Origin: an uncultured Candidatus Rokubacteria bacterium
GTDB taxonomy: Bacteria > Methylomirabilota > Methylomirabilia > Rokubacteriales > CSP1-6
Length of the DNA: 64,000 bases
Direction: 5' to 3'
NCBI GenBank assembly: GCA_963747235.1
Contig: CAVVEU010000024.1
Span: forward strand, 1-64,000
Part shown: piece after piece, positions 10,648 to 20,987 of the stretch
Layout of the letters: every line of letters starts with the position of its first letter
Position numbering within the stretch: position 1 is the stretch's first letter
Notes under the pieces: generated by a model
What the model saw: only the letters and a program-made list of their open reading frames with translations
Told to the model about the DNA's origin: nothing
The model's database searches: none
Made by a program: the position numbers and the translations under genes

Positions 10648-11461
10648 GCCGGGTGCAGGTCTACGGGCCGCTCGCGCTGCTGCTGGTGGTGCTGGTGGCC
10701 GTGGCCTTCCCGTTCTACTGGATGGTGCTGACCTCCGTTCACGCCGCGGGAGGCGCTGTTCCGGCCGCCCTACAAGTTCTTCCGCCTCGACTTCTCGCTG
10801 GGCAACTACCGCGAGCTGCTCTTCGCCACCGAGTTCGTCCGCTACTTCGCCAACAGCCTGATCGCGGCGGTGGGCGCCATCGTGCTGAACGTGGTGGCCG
10901 CCACCCTGGCCGGCTACGGCCTCACGCGCTTCGCCTTCCCGGGCAAGAAGACCTTCGCCTTCGGCACGCTCTTCTCCTACATGTTCCCGCCCATGCTGAT
11001 GGCCATCCCGCTCTACATCCTGTTCTCCGCGCTCGCAGATGCGGAACACCTACACCGGCCTGATCCTGGCCCACATGGCCATCAGCCTGCCGCTCAACAT
11101 CTGGCTCATGTGGCAGTACTTCCAGATCGTGCCCCAGTCGCTGGAGGAGGCCGCGTGGGTCTCGGGCGCCAGCCGCCTGCGCGCCCTGCGCCAGGTGTGC
11201 CTGCCCTCGGCCCGGCCCGGCATCCTGTCGGTGGCCATCTTCTCGTTCGCGCTCTCCTGGAACGACTTCACCTTCGCGTTCCTGCTGCAGACGGACCGGA
11301 AGATGTTCACGCTGCCCGTCGGCCTCGCCACCTTCGTGGAGCAGACCGGCGTGCACTGGGGCATGGTGATGGCCGCCGCGGTGCTGGTCTCGGTGCCCAC
11401 CTTCCTGCTCGTGTTCTTCCTGCAGCGCTACCTGCTGAGCGGCCTGCGGACGGCGGGCTAG
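10644..11461 (+). CDS. Carbohydrate ABC transporter permease (frameshifted)
   Basis: PFYWMVLTS, LEEAAWVSGA, SWNDF, TLPVGL. Confidence 0.88.
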
Positions 11462-11472
11462 GGGAGCCAGCG

Positions 11473-12584
<1,112 letters not shown>

Positions 12585-12898
12585 GTTTTGACCGATAGCC
12601 CTGCACAGGGCCAGCCAGGTTTAAGGGTGAAACACGGGTTCAGAGGCGAGCTAGATTCGCTTCTCCAAGAGAACTGGTCCTCGGCGAGTCTCAACACAAC
12701 GGCGTAACCATTCTCGATGCTCTGGCAAGCCGGACCTCGAAGTGGTGGGGGTCGCCAACATGCCCTTCGCCGCCTACTACCCGGGCGGGGAGACGGGGGC
12801 GGCCCAATAGGGGAGGCCGCCTCAGAGCTAGCCGGGACGCAGTAACCACACCACGGCCCCCCGGGGATGCAACGAGCCTGATAGACTCCCTGGGCGGC

Positions 12899-13438
12899 AT
12901 GGACCCGACTACAATCCTCTATGCTTTGAGCACGATGGCCCAAACGTGCGCCGCCCTTGCTGCTCTGGTGGGCGCTCTTGGCCTCTACCGCCTTCAATCA
13001 ATCAGGGGCCGCCAGGCCGATGTTGAGCGCCAGATGCGCAACATGCTGGTGGGCGTCGCGGGGAGTGCGGAGTGGGCTCAGGCCCTGCCAACCCATACGC
13101 TGATAGATCGAGACGCGCCGAACTTCGTAAAAAGTGTCTCCGGGGCGGATGATCCTGCGTCCCGAATGCAGGGGTTCTTGGACGAGTGGAGTAGCTTCGA
13201 TCCCGACTACCGGCGGACCAGCAGGCTCCTGGGAGTGTTCATAACTTGGAACATCTTTGCGATCGGTGTCTCCCTCATCGGCTTCGCGTTCGTCCACCGC
13301 CTGGCCTGGTTATCAGCTCCGGTCTTCGGACTGTGGTTCCTCACGCTCGGGACGGTCCTGGCCACGGCCATCATGGTCATGGAGATGCGCGGGTCGTTCG
13401 TCGCATGGGTGGGGCACGTGTCCTGGCTGGAAAACTGA
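12899..13438 (+). CDS. Hypothetical membrane protein (about 3 TM segments)
   Basis: Intact 179 aa ORF with one N-terminal and two C-terminal hydrophobic helices. Confidence 0.6.
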   Translation: MDPTTILYALSTMAQTCAALAALVGALGLYRLQSIRGRQADVERQMRNMLVGVAGSAEWAQALPTHTLIDRDAPNFVKSVSGADDPASRMQGFLDEWSSFDPDYRRTSRLLGVFITWNIFAIGVSLIGFAFVHRLAWLSAPVFGLWFLTLGTVLATAIMVMEMRGSFVAWVGHVSWLEN

Positions 13439-13630
13439 CGATCGGCCTCGATTCCTGGTGGGACGAGCTCGGCTACAAGGCCGCCCAGGACACCTTTTCC
13501 CAGAAGGCGGCCTTCATCCTCGCCAAGCTCGGGACCACGACGCCGCCAAACTCAAGGAGGTGCTGGCATAAGTACCGGGCGTCCGACTTTTGCCGTATCA
13601 GCGAGCAATAGGGAGAAGGATGGGGAGGGT

Positions 13631-13777
13631 GTGGCGACGACGGTGCTCGGCGGGTGGCAGCTCGATCGGATGATGCCGCGCTATGCCGCAGTGACGGAGC
13701 AGATGCTTCGGGCGGTCGCGGACTCGGTGGCCGGCGCCGCCGCGATGTTGAGCGGCGGTGACAAGGGTTGGCGTTGA
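13631..13777 (+). pseudogene. C-terminal relic of a tyrosine recombinase/integrase
   Basis: Reads VLGGWQLDRMMPRYAAVTEQMLRAVADSV, matching the box II LG(H/GW)...M..RY motif followed by the terminal helix. Confidence 0.6.
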
Positions 13778-14730
13778 ACTTGTCGGAAACGTACCGCGAA
13801 GTCCGGAAGTCGATAGTGGCGTTCGTGCCCCGCTATATTCCGGTAGCGAAGGGCGAGAAACCGCCCGAGTTTCCGCCGATCGTGGGAACGGGCTTTATCG
13901 TGGATGATGGCCTTGTCATCACTAACCATCATGTCGTTCGAGCGCTCGCACGCCTTCCTCGGGGTCCGGACGCGCCTGCGGACGAATGGCCGTTCAGCGT
14001 GCTGCTCCTGCATGAGATTCCGAGTGAAGGAATCGCACAGGTCCATCTTCACGTTCTCGGCGTCGGTGCTCTCGGTGAGATCAAGGTAGAAGGCCACTAC
14101 TATGGTCCACGGAGGTTGGACTTAGCTGCGGTGCATATCAAGGCGAAAGGTCTTCCGAAAGTCGCAGTGGATTCCACAGCCGTGCCACTTGAGGAGGGCC
14201 AGCTCGTTGCCACGGCGGGCTTCCCGATGGGAACGGACGCCTTGGTTGCACCTGGCTATCTTCATCAGATGACGCCGACTCTACAACAGGGGATCATCAG
14301 CGCCGTGCTTCCATTTGCGACGGCAAAGCCGCACGCATTGATGATCAATGTCATGACTCAAGGAGGAGCGTCCGGGTCTCCCGTCTTCGCACCTGACAGA
14401 GCGGCTGTGGTCGGTGTGCTATACGCTGGATTGAATGACGTGGCGACGTCGCCGGGATTGCCAGCGCCCTACCGCGTTCCCACCAATCAAAGCTACGTTG
14501 TCCCGGCGCACTACCTCGAGTACGTACTGGAGAAAGTCAAGGGGGAAAAGGGATTCGCGCTTCCGCCTGACACTTTGTCGCTGGACGAGATGATCGCTAC
14601 CTACCAACTCGAAACCATGAAACCTCGGGGCGAGTTTGGGCTCGTGAAGGACCCTACTGGTCAGGGGGTTGTCCGGAGCTTAAGGCCGCTAGAGATCGAT
14701 TTTCAGGACGAGGCAGAGCCCGGCAGCTAA
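13768..14730 (+). CDS. Trypsin-like serine protease (cytoplasmic, no PDZ)
   Basis: GTGFIV...ITNHHVV (His), LDLAAV (Asp), TAGFP, GGASGSPVF (Ser). Confidence 0.85.
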   Translation: MALNLSETYREVRKSIVAFVPRYIPVAKGEKPPEFPPIVGTGFIVDDGLVITNHHVVRALARLPRGPDAPADEWPFSVLLLHEIPSEGIAQVHLHVLGVGALGEIKVEGHYYGPRRLDLAAVHIKAKGLPKVAVDSTAVPLEEGQLVATAGFPMGTDALVAPGYLHQMTPTLQQGIISAVLPFATAKPHALMINVMTQGGASGSPVFAPDRAAVVGVLYAGLNDVATSPGLPAPYRVPTNQSYVVPAHYLEYVLEKVKGEKGFALPPDTLSLDEMIATYQLETMKPRGEFGLVKDPTGQGVVRSLRPLEIDFQDEAEPGS

Positions 14731-14823
14731 GGGTGGGTGGTGGCGAACATCTCGAGAATCGACCCCTTCAAGGTCGAGGTCGCAGATTCGTGCCGAGTCG
14801 CCGATGTGGCCGCGGATCGGCGG

Positions 14824-14860
14824 CACGGCGCAATGGGTTCGAAACCCGTTGGGGCCACCA
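14824..14860 (+). pseudogene. 3' fragment of a tRNA (Glu-like); probable att-site remnant
   Basis: T-arm ATGGG-TTCGAAA-CCCGT followed by acceptor strand TGGGGCC-A-CCA; no matching 5' half upstream. Confidence 0.65.
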
Positions 14861-14973
14861 ACACGGTTGGCTGGCAGCCGAGGAGACGGTCCCCGAGGAT
14901 GATCCGCCACCGCGCGATGCTCCCGCCCAAGTAGCTCGGCCTGTGTAACACTGCAAGGTAGCCGGAGCGCCGA

Positions 14974-15939
14974 ATGCCTGAACCCAGAAAGCAGCACTAC
15001 CTCCCGCAGTTCTATCTGCGCGGCTTCTCGGCCAACGGGCGGTCAATCTTCCAGATTGAGAAACGCGGTGATCGCGCCTATCCATCGTCCATCCGGGATA
15101 CAGCCGCCATCCGTGACTACCATGAACTTGACGCAGTCGGCGTCGAAGACCCCGGGGCCGTCGAAAAGCAACTTGCCCACGTCGAGACTCAACTCGCCCA
15201 AGGGCTGGCCGCGACACTCCGCTCTGGAATCACGACTCCCGAGGTCCACAGCCTTTTGATTCAACTCGTCGCCCTCTTGCGGGTTCGTGTCCCAGCCTTC
15301 AAAGCGGCCATCGAGGCGCACCTGCAAGGCATTGTTCGGTCCACCGGGCTAATGATGGAACGCCGGGGGGCGTTTCCCCCGCCCCCAAAAGGATTGGAAG
15401 ACGTCCTGCGAATGGACAATCTCTTGATTAATATCTCGAACTGGAAACTCCTTGAGACCATGTTCACCATCGCAGCCGACCGAGACGTGTTCAATATGCT
15501 TGTCGCGATGAGGCCAACACTTCTCCGGGCTCCTGAGGATGCCTCCTTTCTCACGTGCGATCAGCCGGTCGCTATCTTTCATCCCTCAGCCTCTCCGAAG
15601 GATGCCTACGGTGTCGGCATTGTTCATCCGGGCACCGAGATTTCGGTGCCCTTGTCCACCTGGGCCCTGCTCTTGCTGTCGTGGAGTTCCGACCCACCGG
15701 TCGACCGACAGGCTACGCCCGATGAGGTAGCGGAATTCAACAGACGGACCGTCGTTATGGCCGACGCCTTGGTGTTTGCACCGGATGCCTCCGAAAGCGC
15801 CATCGAGGCAACCCGGCGCTATGCCCACTGTTCGGCTGGAATGGTGCTCGACGTTCTAGACACCGGACACGAATCACTCCATGTAGGGCGCTTTAGACCT
15901 GTCATGCGGGCTGACTCCTACCCTTCACCGCCGAAGTAA
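14974..15939 (+). CDS. DUF4238 domain protein
   Basis: RKQHYLPQFYLRGFS N-terminal signature; FLTCDQPV; PLS...LLL; FNRR. Confidence 0.85.
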   Translation: MPEPRKQHYLPQFYLRGFSANGRSIFQIEKRGDRAYPSSIRDTAAIRDYHELDAVGVEDPGAVEKQLAHVETQLAQGLAATLRSGITTPEVHSLLIQLVALLRVRVPAFKAAIEAHLQGIVRSTGLMMERRGAFPPPPKGLEDVLRMDNLLINISNWKLLETMFTIAADRDVFNMLVAMRPTLLRAPEDASFLTCDQPVAIFHPSASPKDAYGVGIVHPGTEISVPLSTWALLLLSWSSDPPVDRQATPDEVAEFNRRTVVMADALVFAPDASESAIEATRRYAHCSAGMVLDVLDTGHESLHVGRFRPVMRADSYPSPPK

Positions 15940-16140
15940 CCAAGTCCAGCGCCAATCTCCGGAAGGGCCGTGTCTCGTCGCAAGGGCACGCCGCTGCACA
16001 TGGCCCGGAGGCGATGGAGAACAACTGGCACGGCTGCAGCGCGCCCGCGCCCTCGGAGCGCCCAGCGAGCGATGAAAAAAGGCGCTTCCCAGACAGACCC
16101 GGGCGTGGGAGGGTAGCCCATCTTGTTGGGAGGTTCGCCG

Positions 16141-16605
16141 ATGGGCTATGACGACGATACGCTCAACGCGATCTATGACCGGGACGGCGGGTGTTGCCAT
16201 CTCTGTGGGAGCCGCCGCGCCTTCAGAAATCACGGGGGGCTCTGGGCGCATGGCGGCTGGGAGGTGGATCACAGTAACCCACGAGCCAAGGGCGGTACCG
16301 ATCGCCTCAGAAATCTTCGGGTGGCGTGCCAGAGGTGCAACCGGGCCAAGGGAGCCCGGTCCAGCCGAGCATTCAGGTCGGCCTATGGGCTCACGCCGGT
16401 AGATCCGCAGGAGACCGATTGGGGCGGGGTGGCAATGGTGATCGGTATCACACTTCTCATCGCGGGCCTGGACCGAGCGCTGAACCCGACGTTCAGGGAA
16501 AGTCACGGAGCAAGCCTTCCAACGTCGGGACACGGCCCAGGCGCCACGATCGGCCTCGGGGTGAGGGGCAACAGAATGGGCGAAGGATTCCGCGCTGACA
16601 CGTGA
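16141..16605 (+). CDS. HNH endonuclease with C-terminal hydrophobic helix
   Basis: RDGGCCHLCG...EVDHSNPRAKGGTD...NLRVACQRCNRAKG; GGAGG RBS. Confidence 0.85.
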   Translation: MGYDDDTLNAIYDRDGGCCHLCGSRRAFRNHGGLWAHGGWEVDHSNPRAKGGTDRLRNLRVACQRCNRAKGARSSRAFRSAYGLTPVDPQETDWGGVAMVIGITLLIAGLDRALNPTFRESHGASLPTSGHGPGATIGLGVRGNRMGEGFRADT

Positions 16606-17018
16606 ATAGACTGGATTTCCAGCTTCTGGCCGACCTACGCGTTGCCGATGCCCAAGCACTACTTGCTGCGGGCCAGTTTGATGGAGCCTACTATCTTGGT
16701 GGCTACGCGGTCGAGTGCGCCCTCAAATCTTGCATTTCGTCTCAGATCAAGGAGCATGACTTTCCAGACAAGGCACTGGTCAATGACAGTTACCAGCACA
16801 ATCTAGAAAGGCTCTTGGACATCTCGGGTGTAAAGAAGCAGTTTGCAGATAGATTCGCAGCGAACACCGACTTCGCGGCGAATTGGGGCGTCATCAAAGA
16901 CTGGACAGAGCAGACTCGATACAATCACGCCGCTGCAGAGGTTAAGGCTCGGGATTTTCTGAACGCTATAAGCGACCCCGTCAACGGTGTCTTGACATGG
17001 CTTAAGACAGTGTGGTGA
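16602..17018 (+). CDS. HEPN domain protein
   Basis: DAQALL...GAYYLGGYAVECALKS...HNLERLL...TRY. Confidence 0.8.
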   Translation: MNRLDFQLLADLRVADAQALLAAGQFDGAYYLGGYAVECALKSCISSQIKEHDFPDKALVNDSYQHNLERLLDISGVKKQFADRFAANTDFAANWGVIKDWTEQTRYNHAAAEVKARDFLNAISDPVNGVLTWLKTVW

Positions 17019-18352
17019 TGAACGTCCTTACAGAGAGCATGGTCAGGGCTGGCGCCGAACTCACCAGGAAACTGGATGAGATGAGATGGCCCGTCTTTGC
17101 CTCACTCTGGTTCTATCTGCCGGAAGGAAAAGAGTGGCAGCTAGTTCTCGCGTCTCCGAAGGCTTCTTTAGACGGGCCGAAACAGTCCTACGAAACGATT
17201 CAGTCGGCTCTTTCAAGAGTGCCGTCAGCAGGCGCGCTCTCGCTAAGCGACATTGCCGTCACCGATCCAAACAATCAATTGATTCTCCAGCTGCGTTCCG
17301 CGATCTCTACCGGCCCTACGATCTCAGGAATTCGGTTCAGGCAGAACCTGGTAAACGGTGTCTTCATTGAAGACGCCTACATCTATCGGAACTCCGATAG
17401 GGCTCCCGGCGACCTTCAGGACCAGGGAGTCTCGATGTTCCGTTGGCAGGCCAGCTTCTTGCTTCCAGGTTTGCAAGTTGCTCAGCCATTGACGCTGGGC
17501 ACAATCCACATCGACCCGTCGCCACGTACCGAGGATGGACAGTCTCAATCAAGCGGCCACCTAAGCTTCGGAACGGAGCGCTACCTCCGCGACTCGGAGG
17601 CGAAAGCAAAGGCTCTTTCGCAGTTGGAGCCGCTCGCGGTCGCGGCAGCGGCGATCGGTGGGTCGGTTGGTGAGCCCGTAATCACCTCTGTCAGGCTCGA
17701 GAATAGACAGACGCTGGAGGCATCCGGCGTGTCGACTCCTTTGGCGGATAGCGGTCTGCTAGTTCAGTGGAATGTACTTGCGCCGGACATCGACAGCGCC
17801 ACCCTCGCAAAAGGTTACCGCGCAGCTTTAACGCTCGGGCCCGAGGAGGCACCACGCTGGCATCGTGCGGCGCGGTGGCTCTGGAAGGCGAACCTTGACG
17901 CGGACCCTTACGATCAGTTCTTGGCCCTCTGGATAGCATTCAACGTGTTGTACGGCCGGAAGTGGAGAGGTAACGAGGCGGACGCCATCACGGAGTATCT
18001 CGCTGAGGAACTTCCGCAGGAGTCGGAGGCCCAAAAGCTGCTAGCAGGACTGATGGAAGACCTTCGGAAGCTGGGCGCGAGCGGATTGACGTTGCGCAGA
18101 GATGGGAGTGGGCCAGTCGCCGATCAGCTTCAAACCGCGCTAGGCCTTCCGGAGACGACGCGATCTTCCCGCGAGTTGCTCAGGTTGGTGTCCCTTGTGA
18201 TCTATTCACTCCGGTGCGACATCGTCCATGCTGGGGGTGTCTCCGTTGCCAGAGGTGACACGCACTTGCTGTGGGCGAGTCGCGACGTGTTGAAGACGGT
18301 CGTCATGTATCTGTTGAGAAGGCGCCTCGGTGTAGAGGGGGGAGGCGTTTGA
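17018..18352 (+). CDS. Two-part protein: ~130 aa HEPN-partner-like domain plus a C-terminal HEPN-like domain with RxxxxH
   Basis: N-part ends FIEDAYIYR; in-frame ATG at 17435 has its own AGGGAG; C-part has FLALWIAFNVLY...YSLRCDIVHAG. Confidence 0.65.
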   Translation: MNVLTESMVRAGAELTRKLDEMRWPVFASLWFYLPEGKEWQLVLASPKASLDGPKQSYETIQSALSRVPSAGALSLSDIAVTDPNNQLILQLRSAISTGPTISGIRFRQNLVNGVFIEDAYIYRNSDRAPGDLQDQGVSMFRWQASFLLPGLQVAQPLTLGTIHIDPSPRTEDGQSQSSGHLSFGTERYLRDSEAKAKALSQLEPLAVAAAAIGGSVGEPVITSVRLENRQTLEASGVSTPLADSGLLVQWNVLAPDIDSATLAKGYRAALTLGPEEAPRWHRAARWLWKANLDADPYDQFLALWIAFNVLYGRKWRGNEADAITEYLAEELPQESEAQKLLAGLMEDLRKLGASGLTLRRDGSGPVADQLQTALGLPETTRSSRELLRLVSLVIYSLRCDIVHAGGVSVARGDTHLLWASRDVLKTVVMYLLRRRLGVEGGGV

Positions 18353-18389
18353 GAGGTGATGCGACGGAGGATAGGCAACTCTTCAGTCA

Positions 18390-19120
18390 CGAGACTGTGG
18401 TCGATCAAGGCCGGGCCGCGTTCGAGCGGCAGGCCTGGGGGAATGCGTACCAGCAGCTCACGGCCGCGGATAGCGAGGCGGCCCTCGAGCCCGAAGACCT
18501 CGAGCGGCTCGCGATCGCCGCGCACCTGGTCGGCCGGGACGCGGAGAGCACCGACGCCTGGGACGCGGGCGCATCACGCGTTTCTGGGCCGGGGCGCGGC
18601 CCCGGAGGCGGCGCGGTGCGGGTTCTGGATCGGCTTCACCTCGCTGATCCAGGGCGAGACGGCGCAGAGCGGCGGCTGGCTAGCCCGAGGCCAACGGTGG
18701 CCGGCACGACTGCGTGGAGCGCGGGTACCTTCTTATGTTCCAGGGGCTGGGGCGCATGTGGGCGGGGGACAACACGACGCTGCACGCCACCTTCGATGAG
18801 GCGGCCCGGATCGGCGAGCGCTTCGGCGACGCGCAGCTCATGGCGTTCGGTCGCAGCGGCGTCGGCGAGGCCCTCATCCGGTCGGGACAGACCGCGGCCG
18901 GCGTGGTGCTGTTCGACGAGGTCATGGTGGCCGTCACCACCGGTGAGGTGTCGGCGATCGGGGTCGGGATCATCTACTGCGCCGTGATCGGGGAATGCCA
19001 GGAGATCTTCGACCTGCGCCGGGCCAAGGAGTGGACGAAGGCGCTCGGCCAGTGGTGCGCGTCCCACCCGGATCTCGTGCCCTATCGAGGCCAGTGCCTG
19101 GTGCACCGCGCCGAGATCAG
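18390..19120 (+). pseudogene. Truncated TPR/LuxR-family transcriptional regulator (N-terminal part only)
   Basis: GRAAFERQAW...LEPEDLERLA...[22 protein letters not shown]...[10 protein letters not shown], then similarity ends with no HTH. Confidence 0.7.
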
Positions 19121-19203
19121 CGGGCGCGGAGGCCGACCTGACCGTGTTCTGAGCGGCGACGAGGCCAATCTCAGACGGCGGCGCGAGCTCCCGAACTGGT
19201 CCG

Positions 19204-20181
19204 CTACTCGATCACCTGATCCGCCCGCTGCAGGAGCGACTGCGGGATCGTGAGGCCGAGGGCTTTGGCGGTCTTGAGGTTAATGACCAGGTGAAACCTG
19301 GTAGGCCGATTGATTGGCAGGTCACCCGGTCGTGCCCCCTTGAGGATCTTATCCACGTAGTCCGCAGCCTTGCCGGCCATCTCCCCGACATTGGGACCGT
19401 AGCTCATGAGCCCACCCTGAACGGCGTACGTCCCGAATCCATAGATCGCCGGAATCCGCATGCGCGCAACCTGCTCGAATACGTTCTTGCGCTGATCGAA
19501 TAGGAACGCATTAGGTAGGGCGATTATGCCGTGTGGGCGCTCTTTAGCTATGGTGCTGAAGAGACTAGCCGCGGCCATGCCGGGCGTGAAGTCATGGAAT
19601 GTGAGAGTCACGGTGAGAGCGCGCGCCGAGGCTTCAAGCGGCCCAAAAAAGACGGGAATACCAGCGTTAGTGGAATTCTGAATGACGGCGACTCGCGAGA
19701 TACCACCCCGTACGGCCTTCAGGAGTTCGAGCCACTTAGTACTCGCCTCGTCGAATCCCAAGGTTGTTCCCGTCACATTGCCACCGGGCCGGTCGTAGCT
19801 GCGGGCGAAGCCGCTCGCCACCGGATCAGCAGAACCAATTGTCACGATTGGGATTGTCCGTGTCGCCTGCATCGCCGCCAGCGTAGTCGGCGTCGAGGTA
19901 GCAATGAGAACATCGACAGGAAGTGCCGTCAATTCTGCGGCGAGTTCTGGCAAGCGTTCGATACGCCCGTCTGCGAAGCGGGCGTGGATAAGATAGTCGC
20001 GTGTGTCCACATAGCCGAGCTTTCTGAACTCCTCCCGGAAAAAATCTATGCTTAAGGTTGGGGGAGCGCCCTCGTAGAGCCAGCCGATCCGCCAAACCTT
20101 GCCGGCTGACTGTGCCTGAGCGAGCAGCGGCGCGGCAAGCACACCACCCGCCAATGCGCTGATGAACCCGCGTCGGTTCAC
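19204..20181 (-). CDS. ABC transporter substrate-binding protein (ABC_sub_bind family), orphan
   Basis: NRRGFI signal, [43 protein letters not shown]. Confidence 0.9.
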   Translation of the reverse strand: MNRRGFISALAGGVLAAPLLAQAQSAGKVWRIGWLYEGAPPTLSIDFFREEFRKLGYVDTRDYLIHARFADGRIERLPELAAELTALPVDVLIATSTPTTLAAMQATRTIPIVTIGSADPVASGFARSYDRPGGNVTGTTLGFDEASTKWLELLKAVRGGISRVAVIQNSTNAGIPVFFGPLEASARALTVTLTFHDFTPGMAAASLFSTIAKERPHGIIALPNAFLFDQRKNVFEQVARMRIPAIYGFGTYAVQGGLMSYGPNVGEMAGKAADYVDKILKGARPGDLPINRPTRFHLVINLKTAKALGLTIPQSLLQRADQVIE

Positions 20182-20357
20182 GAAGCCCCACATGGCCGCA
20201 TCGTCTAGGAGGGACGGGGCGGGGCGGCCAAGACCGAACTTACACCAATGAGACGAACGCATGGACTACGATTTGCGCGGCTCCACTAGCGCACCGGCCC
20301 GTCGCACTTGCGCTCCGGACCAGGCGTGCCCGCTCGAGGGAGTATAGTGAACGCATC

Positions 20358-20966
20358 ATGCGGCAAGGCCCCGCGCGAGTTCTCGGCTGCGCCGTGTTCC
20401 TGGCGACGCTCGCGGCGTGGCCCGCGCTCGCCCGGGCGGATGCCTCGACGACTGAGTATGTCGACGCGCAGTACCGCTTCACGTTTCGGCTCCCCGCCGA
20501 CTGGCAGAGGGAACGGGTGCCCACCCCTGGGGAGGGAGGGGAGGTCCGGCTCGCGGCCAAGAGCGCGGCGAGGCCGATCTTCGTTCTCGCCATCGTGAGT
20601 CCCATCGGGTCGGCGATCACGCGGGAGGAATTCGAGCGGCGCCCGGATCGCGACGCGCTGGTCGAGGAGCTGATCCAGCGGAGCCTCGATCAGGCCTACG
20701 CAAAGATGTCGCGCGATCTCTCGGCCAGCCGCATGGTGGTCGACGAGACGCAGCGGCGAGCCTCCGACGCGGGGATCGGGTTCTCCATCCATACCACCCA
20801 CACGACCCCCGAGGGCCCGACCACCGTCGCCGGGACCCACGTCTTCCCGTTCGGCCAGCCGTATGCCATCACCCTGATGGTGGTCGCGCGCGGCGCCGGC
20901 GCGACGCCCGCGGAGGTGGAGACGCGACGGCGACTGCTCGACTCGCTCCGGGTGAACACGCCATGA
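20358..20966 (+). CDS. Secreted hypothetical protein
   Basis: Signal peptide ending ARA; YVDAQYRFTFRLPADW is PsbP-like in style. Confidence 0.55.
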   Translation: MRQGPARVLGCAVFLATLAAWPALARADASTTEYVDAQYRFTFRLPADWQRERVPTPGEGGEVRLAAKSAARPIFVLAIVSPIGSAITREEFERRPDRDALVEELIQRSLDQAYAKMSRDLSASRMVVDETQRRASDAGIGFSIHTTHTTPEGPTTVAGTHVFPFGQPYAITLMVVARGAGATPAEVETRRRLLDSLRVNTP

Positions 20967-20987
20967 CCGCCTCTGGCGATCCCTGTT

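Larger units (their letters stand above)
12600..19120. mobile_element. Horizontally acquired island / degraded integrative element (boundaries approximate)
   Basis: Visibly AT-richer with non-host codon usage to about 18350; contains an integrase relic, a tRNA 3' fragment, gene fragments and nuclease genes. Confidence 0.7.

Noticed and set aside
12626-12758. tRNA-like words AACACGGGTTC and GGGGTCGCCA as a second att site
   Set aside because: They are over 100 nt apart and form no T-arm; the second is explained by a coding fragment (VVGVAN).
14790-14860. Complete functional tRNA gene
   Set aside because: No 5' acceptor strand (GGCCCCA), D-arm or intact anticodon loop lies upstream.
15950-16120. 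Possible small ORF or phage packaging-site remnant before the HNH gene
   Set aside because: No recognisable motif or structure that I can support.
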